Source of the DNA: Atribacterota bacterium
Lineage (GTDB): Bacteria; Atribacterota; Phoenicimicrobiia; Phoenicimicrobiales; Stramentimicrobiaceae
Direction of reading: 5' to 3'
NCBI GenBank assembly: GCA_040767965.1
Contig: JAXGNR010000006.1
Span: forward strand, 1-64,000
DNA: 64,000 nucleotides
The notes under the pieces were generated by a model that was not told the DNA's origin, searched no databases, and worked only from the letters and a program-made list of their open reading frames with translations. How positions within the stretch are numbered: the first letter of the stretch is position 1; the number at the start of each line of letters is the position of its first letter. The position numbers and the translations under genes were made by a program. This document shows positions 50,466-59,231 of this stretch, in pieces.

Positions 50466-50816
50466 TTATCTTGTAAGTTTTTTGCAAAGAAACTCGCGGC
50501 AAGCTTGTTCAGCTTTTTCCCTATCTTCAATAATCACCGGATCTTCATTAATCCATCCGCTTAAAAGACCCATTAGTATTCTAGTATATTCATCCCCTTT
50601 GCGGTTAATAAAATATTCATTCCATAATCCATCCTGACGGCTGTCAATCAATCCTGTTTCTTTCATTTTTCTTAAATGCCTGGAAACGCTGGGCTGGCGA
50701 ATACCAAGTACATAAGTTAATTCACAAACACACATAGGTTTGTATTCCAATAACTTCAGGATTCTGAGCCGGTTTTTATCGGATAACATATCATGAATCT
50801 GGGATAATTTTTCCAT
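50466..50816 (-). CDS. arsR: ArsR/SmtB family regulator
   Basis: LSDKNRLRIL, MCVCEL, QPSVSRHL; start at ATG 50816 behind AAGGAG. Confidence 0.93.
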   Translation of the reverse strand: MEKLSQIHDMLSDKNRLRILKLLEYKPMCVCELTYVLGIRQPSVSRHLRKMKETGLIDSRQDGLWNEYFINRKGDEYTRILMGLLSGWINEDPVIIEDREKAEQACREFLCKKLTR

Positions 50817-50834
50817 AAATATACTCCTTGAATG

Positions 50835-50852
50835 TATAGCATGTTGGCTATA
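50835..50852. promoter_or_regulatory. Candidate ArsR operator 1
   Basis: TATAGC-N6-GCTATA next to TTGACA(50879)-16-TACTAT promoter. Confidence 0.7.
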
Positions 50853-51176
50853 TAGTAGCACTAAAATATTTTTTGTCAATAGTAAATAGTAAATAAAATA
50901 TTAGCAAAAAAAACAAAATCAAAAATAATTTCAATGATCTTCTGTTTTGTTACTTTATAAATAAAGGCAAAAATAAACTCAAAAATAATTTTTCTTATTA
51001 TTTTAGTTGATTCTTATTCTGTTCAATAAACCTATTGTTATTGCATATTGCAGCAACTCAGGAAGAATAAATATGGGTTAAAACAGTTTAAGAGGAAATC
51101 TTTATTTTCAATCTGCCGATAACATATTAATCCTGAAGAATAATTATCACCTAAATTGAATAAAATCGATACAGGC

Positions 51177-51212
51177 AATACTCCCTATTTACAAAATTAA
51201 ATAGGGAGTATT
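51177..51212 (-). terminator. Intrinsic terminator of MarR operon
   Basis: AATACTCCCTATTT / AAATAGGGAGTATT. Confidence 0.75.
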
Positions 51213-51268
51213 ATTTTTTGATAATTTCTCTGTGTTGTTGGGCTAAAAAATTCCTTCTACTTTTTTAA

Positions 51269-51708
51269 TTAACAGCACTGATTAGAATCACAACCACAAC
51301 TGCAATTTGATTGGGTCTTTGGTTTATTATTTTCGATACCCAGAATTTTATATACTGCTTCCTGATTGCTTTTGCCGGTACTTCCTCATACTCCTGACCA
51401 TCATAAATCACAGTACGACAGTAGGTTTCTGCCTCCAGGCAAGTTGAACATGATTCACAGTAATTTTCTGAAATCTCAATATTTAAAATATCTTCAATAG
51501 GAATTCCATTGAATAAAATTGTATTTGACTGTGGGATCTGAGTATCATCAAGTTTGGTTTCAAACCACTCTATATTAATACCTTTAGGTTGCAGTATTCT
51601 GTTTAATCTTTTAACTTCCTGATTAAGGTTCTCCCCTGTATCATAACAACGATTGCAGGTCTCTCCTTCTATATCAAGATGTTTCCATTCAATTTTAAGT
51701 GTTTTCAA
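51269..51708 (-). CDS. DUF2703 domain protein with Cys-rich tail (frameshift near 51360)
   Basis: GETCNRC, SNTILFNG, CESC...CR; TTG start behind AGGAG; shifted frame reads AVYKILGIENNKPKTQSNCSCGCDSNQCC*. Confidence 0.8.
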
Positions 51709-51802
51709 TTTTTTTCTCCTTATATTTATATTAATCTCTTTTGTTTGTAAATCTCCCATAGAAAGTATTGAAAGGTTACAACTTTTTTCAATTAAAAACT
51801 TA

Positions 51803-51964
51803 TTAACAACAAGATTTTCCTTTATCTTTTGGTGAATCTTTTTCATTTTTATTATCACTTTGATTTTCAGTTATCTCTTCAATTTCTAAATTACAGCAAC
51901 ATGATTTTTTTTCTTTGCTGCTAAAAATACGACCAAACAGTCCTTTCTTTTCTATATTTTTCAT
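51803..51964 (-). CDS. 53-aa Cys-rich small protein (not in ORF track)
   Basis: AAGGAG RBS; MKNIEKKGLFGRIFSSKEKKSCCCNLEIEEITENQSDNKNEKDSPKDKGKSCC*. Confidence 0.78.
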   Translation of the reverse strand: MKNIEKKGLFGRIFSSKEKKSCCCNLEIEEITENQSDNKNEKDSPKDKGKSCC

Positions 51965-51999
51965 TTCACAACTCCTTATTTTAAATTTATTTTTTATCT

Positions 52000-52893
52000 T
52001 CAGATTGCATTAAAAATATAACCACCTGTTACAGCAGTCAAGAATATGACTATCACTATGGCAATTACTAACTTTTTCTTGAAAATGGCTGCCAGCATAC
52101 TCATCTCCGGGATAGCCATTCCCGCGCCACCGATAACCAATGCTATGACTGTCCCAATATTCATCCCCTTCTGCATCAATGAAATGCCAATAGGCAAAAC
52201 AGTTGATGCTCTAACATAAAAAGGTATTCCAATTATCGCAGCAACCGGAACAGCAAACAGATTATCAGGTCCAGCATATTTCAAGACAAACTCCTGAGGC
52301 AAGTAACCATAAATAATTGCTCCTACTCCTACCCCGATAAACAGATACGGCAATACTCTTCTAAAATCACCCCAGGCTTTTAGAAATGAAATCTTTAATT
52401 TTTCCTTAAAAAGCACTGGTATTACCTCATTTTGATACCTTTCTCCTTTTAAACGAACTCTTTTAATTAGTTTAGAACCACCTGTTTTTTCCAGAATAAT
52501 CCCGAAGACAATAGCAGCCAGAAATACGATAATAAAATATAAAACTGCTGCTTTTGTTCCTAATAACAAGATCATCATTCCAATGATAATGGGATTCAGT
52601 AAGGGTGAGGAAATAACAAAGGACATCACAGCACCAAAAGGGATACCTGCTTCCAGAAAACCCAGGGTTAACGGAATGGTTGAACAGGCACAAAATGGGG
52701 TAACAGAACCAATGATAGCTCCAAAGATATTGCCAATGATTCCTTTCCCGTTCATCCAGGTTTTTATTTTTTCTTGGGGCAAATACATAAGGAGTAAGGC
52801 AACAAAAGTGCTAATACCTAAAAAAAGGATAGTAAGCTCCAATGTTATAATAATGAAATATTGTAAAGTATTGATTAAAGTATTCAACAGCAT
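52000..52893 (-). CDS. DUF318 / ArsP-like permease
   Basis: TPFCACSTIP, SSPLLNP, GIPFYVR, GGAGMAIPE. Confidence 0.92.
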   Translation of the reverse strand: MLLNTLINTLQYFIIITLELTILFLGISTFVALLLMYLPQEKIKTWMNGKGIIGNIFGAIIGSVTPFCACSTIPLTLGFLEAGIPFGAVMSFVISSPLLNPIIIGMMILLLGTKAAVLYFIIVFLAAIVFGIILEKTGGSKLIKRVRLKGERYQNEVIPVLFKEKLKISFLKAWGDFRRVLPYLFIGVGVGAIIYGYLPQEFVLKYAGPDNLFAVPVAAIIGIPFYVRASTVLPIGISLMQKGMNIGTVIALVIGGAGMAIPEMSMLAAIFKKKLVIAIVIVIFLTAVTGGYIFNAI

Positions 52894-53360
52894 TCTCCTT
52901 TCAAGTCATCTTCTAATGCTGGTTTTGATTCCTTATTTTCCTGTAAAGCACTCACTAAAGTCTCTAAGGCAATTTTGATATCTTCTTTTTTTTCAGATGT
53001 CAAATGTTTTAATATATTTTCCAGTTGTATTGTCTGATTTTCAACAATTCTTGATATTATAGCTATTCCTTTATCTGTAATGGAAACACAACAGAAACGT
53101 CCATCTCGGGGAGAAATTTTCCGAATGACATATCCTTTCTTTTCCAGGCGATTGATAATCTTTGTGGCTCCGCTTTTAGTAAAGTTTAAAGCATAGCCAA
53201 TAAACTGTATGGTCGACTGCTGGTTTTCATACACTGTTTTTAAAGCAGTATATTCTGCAAACGAAAGATCTTCACAGCATTTCTCACTGATTCCATGATT
53301 ACCATAATGCCAGGCGGTTTGTTCAAGTAAACTGCAAATTGCCACGATTCTTTTATTCAT
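52884..53360 (-). CDS. MarR family regulator with three Cys-Cys pairs
   Basis: TKSGATKIINRLEKKGYV, DGR...ITDKG; KCCE, FCCV, C-terminal GECC. Confidence 0.92.
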   Translation of the reverse strand: MNKRIVAICSLLEQTAWHYGNHGISEKCCEDLSFAEYTALKTVYENQQSTIQFIGYALNFTKSGATKIINRLEKKGYVIRKISPRDGRFCCVSITDKGIAIISRIVENQTIQLENILKHLTSEKKEDIKIALETLVSALQENKESKPALEDDLKGECC

Positions 53361-53439
53361 GTTTTTTCTTACCCTTCTACCTCGGTCTATTTAGAAATTC
53401 TTAAATAAAATATGTAACAGAAATATATTAACAGCAATG

Positions 53440-53454
53440 GTTGACACTGTCAAC
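53440..53454. promoter_or_regulatory. Candidate MarR operator
   Basis: GTTGACA-C-TGTCAAC palindrome upstream of marR. Confidence 0.7.
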
Positions 53455-53602
53455 TATTAGTATTTCAAAATAAAATTCTATAATTTTAAAAATATTTTAA
53501 AAATTTTTTATTTTTTTGAAAGAAACTTTCTCTTTATTGCGTATAAGTAGATGAAAGCAAAAAACAAAATTCATTTTTAATGAAAAGAAAGGAAGATAAA
53601 AG

Positions 53603-54208
53603 ATGAATAATAAAAAGATACTCGTTATTTTATTAATCGCAGCACTTGCTTTGACAATGGTAAGCATCAGTTCATTTGCTTATGGTCCAAAACAGGGAAA
53701 CTTTTCAGGTGGCACTGAAACCTCTAATCGATTTGCCGGTCAAGGACAAGGACCTGGAGGACAAAACATTAATCCACCTGCACAGAACAGCACCCCCAGA
53801 GGAATGTTTAACCTGGAACTAACAGCAGAACAGCAAGCCAAAATGAGAGAAATGATGTTTAGTTTTCAGAAGGAATCTTTAGAGCTTAGAAATCAGATCC
53901 AGGTAAAACAACTGGAGATGAGAGAGTTAAGGCTGCAAGACCCGGTAGACATTGAACAGATTAGAACCAAATTAGAGGAAATTTCTCAATTGCAGGTGGA
54001 AGTTAGAATGAAAGCTATTGAAAGACAGATTCAATTTAGAGAATTGCTAACTCCCGAACAATTGGAGAACTGTTCTGCAGGATTTCAGATGCAAAGATTC
54101 AACATGGGGAATATGGGTAATGTCAGCATGAACAAAGGTTTGAACCAGCAGTCTGATTGTGATACATGTGGTATGGCAAACCGCGGTAACCGTGGAAATC
54201 GCTGGTAA
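53603..54208 (+). CDS. Spy/CpxP/ZraP-like periplasmic protein
   Basis: Signal peptide; LELTAEQ and LLTPEQ motifs; Gly/Met/Asn-rich tails. Confidence 0.85.
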   Translation: MNNKKILVILLIAALALTMVSISSFAYGPKQGNFSGGTETSNRFAGQGQGPGGQNINPPAQNSTPRGMFNLELTAEQQAKMREMMFSFQKESLELRNQIQVKQLEMRELRLQDPVDIEQIRTKLEEISQLQVEVRMKAIERQIQFRELLTPEQLENCSAGFQMQRFNMGNMGNVSMNKGLNQQSDCDTCGMANRGNRGNRW

Positions 54209-54237
54209 CTTGTGACTTTTTGATTAAGGAAATCAGC

Positions 54238-54268
54238 AAAAAGGAGAAGGGGGAACCTTCTCCTTTTT
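54238..54268 (+). terminator. Intrinsic terminator
   Basis: AAAAAGGAGAAGG / CCTTCTCCTTTTT followed by T-run. Confidence 0.85.
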
Positions 54269-54477
54269 ATTTTTTCCGATTTATCTTTTTATCAATTCAT
54301 TGTTTTGTTAAAAACCCTTCTTGGCTAAATATTTTTCAAGAAACAGAGATGTAATAATCATAGGAACTGGTATTATTTAAAACAATACAATAAATTCAAA
54401 CCCAAGAAAGCTTTTCTCTGTTTTCTTATTAAAATAGAAAAACCCCTTATTTTCAAAATAAGATGGCTGTTTAGTTA

Positions 54478-54627
54478 TTAATTTTTTAAATACAATACCC
54501 ATAACAATCGTTTTCTTTTGTCTAAAACATAAATATAATAAACCATTTCGGATTCTAAACTTATTTCCAGAATTAGTTTAATTGATTGTTCTGCAGTAAA
54601 GCTTTCTGGAAGGGCTACAAATTCATT
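54478..54627 (-). pseudogene. mgtE: Diverged internal fragment of mgtE (CBS region)
   Basis: NEFVALPESFTAEQSIKL...YVLDKRKRL; 38/48 aa identical to the matching segment of mgtE ending at 43799. Confidence 0.85.
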
Positions 54628-54824
54628 ACCCCGGTTAACAGGTCCTGCTCTTTCTAATTTATTTATTTGTTTCATTACTATGCTTTGTAAACTGTCAGTT
54701 AGAAAACCGCAACAAAAGGAAAATCAAAAAAGAAAAAGACAAGTAAATTTCAAATTAAAACAATGAAGATTTGCACAATAAGTTATATTAAAATATTTGA
54801 AATTAGGAATACATCTAAAGGATA

Positions 54825-55235
54825 TTAATCTATCTTTTCTAAAAGAAAATTAATATGTTCTCTATTAGCCCTATGAGCTATGGACATCAATCTGGCAATG
54901 TATTCAAAATGGACTTCTTTATCAGCATAAACTTGAATAGCTTCTGAAAATTCAACAGGATTTTCTTCCAAATAGACTGGTAGCTCGTCCCAGGAAATAT
55001 ATTTACCCTCAATTTGAATCATTCCGTTTTTATCAAGATATATAATAAATATATCTCTGTTTGTATTCCTGGTTTGTCCCGTATCCACTTGCGGTATTTG
55101 GATCGTTGCCTGAATCTCTTTGTCTGCATCCAGAGAAGAAGCAACCATAAAAAAAATTAACAATAGAAAGACCACATCGATAAGAGGTGCCAGATTCATC
55201 TCCAGATCCAGTTTTCTAATCCTGTACCGGTACAT
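54825..55235 (-). CDS. exbD: Biopolymer transporter ExbD
   Basis: NLAPLIDVVFLLLIFFMV, YADKEV. Confidence 0.93.
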   Translation of the reverse strand: MYRYRIRKLDLEMNLAPLIDVVFLLLIFFMVASSLDADKEIQATIQIPQVDTGQTRNTNRDIFIIYLDKNGMIQIEGKYISWDELPVYLEENPVEFSEAIQVYADKEVHFEYIARLMSIAHRANREHINFLLEKID

Positions 55236-55845
55236 TTTTTTCACCTAATTTCTGAATATAATGAATAAGTTCTAATTCTCTTTTTTCAGTGTGTTTTACA
55301 ACATATTCTGCCTTATTCATAAAATAGTAATAGGCTGCTAAAGCAGGGATAGATATTATCATCCCAAAGGCAGTTGTAATTAAAGCTTCTGATATACCCT
55401 GAGCTAATTGTTGTGATTCAACATTAAGTGATAAAAAATGAAAAGTCTTAATCATTCCAATAACCGTGCCTAATAAACCCAAAGATGGGCTCATTTTTCC
55501 AATAAAATGAAGCATAGCCAAATACTTTTCCATTCTTGGAAATTCAGCCATTTTTGCATCACTCATAACTCTCTCCATCTCTTCAAAACCTTCTTCCCAA
55601 ACTAGAATACCTTCTAACAAGATTCCATACATGGGGTCGCTGGGCTTTTTTAGTAATTTTACAGCTTCCTTAGTCTTCCCTCTTTTTAGATTTTCTTTAA
55701 CCAGATAGATTATTCTTTCTGGGATTTCCCTTCTGATTCTTATATAATAGTAAAATCTTTCCAGAATTATAGCTAACGATATAATTGAAGCAGCCAGAAG
55801 AGGGTAAACCACAACCCCTCCCTGTTCTATCAATGTATTGATCAT
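55216..55845 (-). CDS. exbB: MotA/TolQ/ExbB proton channel
   Basis: SPSLGLLGTVIGMI, GISEALITTAFG. Confidence 0.93.
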   Translation of the reverse strand: MINTLIEQGGVVVYPLLAASIISLAIILERFYYYIRIRREIPERIIYLVKENLKRGKTKEAVKLLKKPSDPMYGILLEGILVWEEGFEEMERVMSDAKMAEFPRMEKYLAMLHFIGKMSPSLGLLGTVIGMIKTFHFLSLNVESQQLAQGISEALITTAFGMIISIPALAAYYYFMNKAEYVVKHTEKRELELIHYIQKLGEKNVPVQD

Positions 55846-55867
55846 AAAAATATACCTCTTTCCAGTA

Positions 55868-56716
55868 TTATTTCAATTTAAAAATCACAGGGATATAAAC
55901 CCAGCTGGATCTTTTAATGTTATTTAATTTAGCCGGTTCAAATTTCCACTGTAAAACTGATTTAACGGCAGCCTGATCAAAATCCTGATAACCTGAAGAA
56001 TGATTAATGTGTGTTTCCACCACATTGCCTTCTATATCAATTAAAACTTTTAATTGAACTTTTCCTTCAATGTTTCTTCTCTGTAAACCGGGAGGATATT
56101 CGGGAGAATGAAAATGGATTATCGTTGGTTCAATAACCTGTTGATCTATAATCCCTGTTTCGGTAAAATCAAGAGGAAGACTCTCCAGTAGTTGCACTTC
56201 TTCTAACTCCTCTTTCTGTTTTAATGGTACTTTTTCTGTTATTTCAGATTCAGGCAACATATTTTCAATCTCTACAGGCAGATCCTTTTTCAATGAATGG
56301 TCATTGCCCGGAGTTACCTGCTGTTCTTTTTGATTATTCTCCACCACAACTTCTTTAACATCAGGCTGAACAGACATTTTTATTTTTTCCAATAAATCAT
56401 CTGCTTCATTTTCTTTTTGTATATTCTCATCTTCCTTTTTTAGAATTTTTGTTTCTTTATTTTGTTCCATTTCTTTCGCATCTGTGACTTCAGCAGTTAT
56501 CCCGATTAAGCTGTCCTGGATATCTGCAGGTTGTTCAATATATTCTTCAACGGTTTGAATAACAGAGGTAGAGATGAATTCAATTTTGGCTGATAAAATT
56601 GGTTTCTCTTTTATTTCCGGATAAGAAAAATCAAAAAAATCATCTAATATCTGCAGGACCCAAAAATGGAGCAACAATGAAATTATAATTGTGATAAAAA
56701 ATATTTTATTCCTCAT
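55868..56716 (-). CDS. tonB: Energy transducer TonB
   Basis: SLLLH TM motif; PEYP...IEGKV...SSG...D.AA...WKFEPA. Confidence 0.92.
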   Translation of the reverse strand: MRNKIFFITIIISLLLHFWVLQILDDFFDFSYPEIKEKPILSAKIEFISTSVIQTVEEYIEQPADIQDSLIGITAEVTDAKEMEQNKETKILKKEDENIQKENEADDLLEKIKMSVQPDVKEVVVENNQKEQQVTPGNDHSLKKDLPVEIENMLPESEITEKVPLKQKEELEEVQLLESLPLDFTETGIIDQQVIEPTIIHFHSPEYPPGLQRRNIEGKVQLKVLIDIEGNVVETHINHSSGYQDFDQAAVKSVLQWKFEPAKLNNIKRSSWVYIPVIFKLK

Positions 56717-56740
56717 TATTTACTTCTCATGACTTATATA

Positions 56741-56774
56741 AAACGGGATGCAATTAATATTATCCATCCCGTTT
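56741..56774 (-). terminator. Stem-loop between btuB and tonB
   Basis: AAACGGGATG / CATCCCGTTT. Confidence 0.6.
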
Positions 56775-56783
56775 AAAATTTAT

Positions 56784-58682
56784 CTAAAAATTAGTACTGA
56801 CTCCCAACAAAAAAGTTCTTCCCTGAATTGGAAATCCACTGGCTAATTCAGGTTTCTGATCAAACAGGTTTTTGATAGAAAGGCTTAATTTAATGATTTT
56901 GTTCTTTTCTTTATTAACAGTAAAATCTCTATTCATATTGGTATTGAAAAGATAATATTCAGCAAGACTATCAGGTCTACCTGATACTAAATAACCATCT
57001 AAACTTATTGTAAAATCATCTTTGTTTTTTCCAACCTGATTTAAATAAATTAAACCAAGTCCATACTTATGTTTTGGCTTTAATTGGCTACCCATATCCA
57101 GATCTATAGCATTCAGATAAGTGTAATTTATACATCCGGTAAAATTTTCATTCATTTCTTTCTTTAGAATTATTTCTGCTCCATCTATCTGTGCTGAGCC
57201 GATATTGGAAGGACGCCAGACTCCTTCTGAATCAGCTGCCCAATGAATTAAATCGCGGACATTGTTTCGAAAAATATTTAATTCAGCCTGCATATTTCCT
57301 TTTTTATTATTAAAACGTATTCCTGCTTCATAAGCCCAGGCAGTTTCCGGAACCAGATCAGGATTACCACCAACATAACCATCTTCCGGCCAATAAAGAT
57401 CATCATAAGTAGGTGTGCGATAAGCTCGACTTATGGAGGTATGAAAACTAAGCCCATCCTGCAAACGATAGGAAATTCCTACACGAGGGTTAAACTGTCC
57501 ACCAAAGATTTGGTGGTAATCATAGCGTAAACCTGCAGTCATGCTTAGCTTTACTAATTCTGCCGGCTGCCAGACATCCTGAATAAATACTGCACCGTTT
57601 AGATCTTGTTGTTTACCGATATCTGTACTGTCTAACCAATGGTATTTTATATCTCCACCCCAGGTTAAAGTATGGTCACTTTCTATATTGTCATCATCAA
57701 AACTGAAGTTATAACGAGTGCTATCAAAAGATAGCCCTGTAGTATGGATATTATGAATACTGGCCCCGGTATGTCCCCATTCATCCGGATTATCATAATA
57801 AAGACGATGAAAATCATACCAGGCTAATATATTAATATCTTTATCCTCTTCTTTCTTCTGCCATTTTAAATTCAAATTAAAATTCCGGTCATTTTGCAGG
57901 GCATTGAGAGTAGGATAATCAAGAGAACCAGGCAAACCTCTTTGATAATCATGGTAACGAATAGCTAAACCCAATTCTGTTTGCTGATCTATCTTTTTAG
58001 AAATCTTCCCCATGAAAGAAACTTTATCTAATTGGCTGTTTTCCCGATCTCCTTCTGTTTTGTAATATTCAGCTGTAAAAAAATATCCCATATCATTACT
58101 TTTATTTTGATAGGAAGCTACATATTTCTGAGTTGAATAATTTCCGTAATAAACTCCAACAACTGTCTTTTTCTCTTCTTCTCCACTTTTAGTTATTATG
58201 TTGATTGCTCCGCCTAATGCATTTGCTCCATATAGTGCTGAAGCAGGCCCCCGGTAGATTTCAATTTTCTCTATAATATTCGCCGGGATCAACCCTAAAT
58301 CTATTTTGCCGGTCTGCGGGCTATTTACTACCTGGCCGTCTATCATGATTAAAACCTGTTCAGGAGAAGAACCACGAATACTGGCTGCTTTTATGTCTCC
58401 CTGACTTCCATAATCTACAATCTCGATACCAGCTATTGCTTTTAATATTCCGGCTAAATTTTCAGATTGATTATTGGTTATTTCTTCTTCAGATATCATT
58501 TCCACACTAGAAATTGAATCTATTAATATCTGAGGATATTTAGATCCTATGACGATGACTTCCTCTAAGGTAAAAAACTCTATGGGCTCCATCGCCCAGA
58601 CAGAATTCCCAAATAGAGAAACACTGCTAAAAAGAAACAGCATAAAAAGAAACAAATAGAATTTTTTTGATAAAGATGACAT
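56784..58682 (-). CDS. btuB: TonB-dependent cobalamin receptor (BtuB-like)
   Basis: EEVIVIG TonB box, SIRGS, IEIYRGPASALYGANALGGAINIITK plug, GNPDLVPE, C-terminal F; B12 riboswitch upstream. Confidence 0.88.
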   Translation of the reverse strand: MSSLSKKFYLFLFMLFLFSSVSLFGNSVWAMEPIEFFTLEEVIVIGSKYPQILIDSISSVEMISEEEITNNQSENLAGILKAIAGIEIVDYGSQGDIKAASIRGSSPEQVLIMIDGQVVNSPQTGKIDLGLIPANIIEKIEIYRGPASALYGANALGGAINIITKSGEEEKKTVVGVYYGNYSTQKYVASYQNKSNDMGYFFTAEYYKTEGDRENSQLDKVSFMGKISKKIDQQTELGLAIRYHDYQRGLPGSLDYPTLNALQNDRNFNLNLKWQKKEEDKDINILAWYDFHRLYYDNPDEWGHTGASIHNIHTTGLSFDSTRYNFSFDDDNIESDHTLTWGGDIKYHWLDSTDIGKQQDLNGAVFIQDVWQPAELVKLSMTAGLRYDYHQIFGGQFNPRVGISYRLQDGLSFHTSISRAYRTPTYDDLYWPEDGYVGGNPDLVPETAWAYEAGIRFNNKKGNMQAELNIFRNNVRDLIHWAADSEGVWRPSNIGSAQIDGAEIILKKEMNENFTGCINYTYLNAIDLDMGSQLKPKHKYGLGLIYLNQVGKNKDDFTISLDGYLVSGRPDSLAEYYLFNTNMNRDFTVNKEKNKIIKLSLSIKNLFDQKPELASGFPIQGRTFLLGVSTNF

Positions 58683-58863
58683 TCTCTTCTCCTTCTATAG
58701 AGATTTAACTTTTTCTCTTATTACTCCTTACTGGTTATCAATATCCCCCTTCCCCGCCATTCAAACAAAAAAGCTGCCTCCTATAAATATAGAAGACAGC
58801 TTAATAAACTTACCAAAAAATTTATTCCTGCTCTTCCTCTATGTCGGAGGTTTTTAAGGCAGA

Positions 58864-59017
58864 CAATTATGGCAAGTCTTCTGGCTCCCAGACCCTTTTT
58901 AATATTATCCTTCCCACCTATCGGGCAGTGGATAATATCGGGATTGCTCTGGTTACAGATGCGACAACAGCAACGGCCTTTACCGTTTTCCTTTTTAATC
59001 ACATTGAACCACAATTG
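58864..59017 (-). ncRNA. Cobalamin (AdoCbl) riboswitch
   Basis: Minus strand GGTT..TTAAAAAGGAAAACGGTAAAGGCCGTT..CGCATCTGTAA..CCACTG..GGGAAGG..GAGCCAGAAGACTTGCC; P1 CAATTGTGG/CCATAATTG. Confidence 0.93.
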
Positions 59018-59231
59018 TTTGATTGCGTTATTTTATTTTCAAATATAGTATGACTGAAAAAATCATTTTCAATTAAAATTAGTTTATCTCTTATAAAGAA
59101 AAAAGCAATACTTCCAGGCTATTCTTCTTTTAGTTGTTGTTTCAATGTATAACTTTGTTGAACCATACAAACACTAGACACTACAGTGTATCTTTATTTA
59201 AGAAAATCCTTGCTTTTGTTTAAATACTTTT

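Noticed and set aside
53517-53546. ECF-like GAAAC...CGTA promoter before the Spy-like gene
   Set aside because: 13-nt spacer is shorter than the SigW-type consensus
58781-59053. 77-aa and 70-aa ORFs
   Set aside because: Overlap the cobalamin riboswitch
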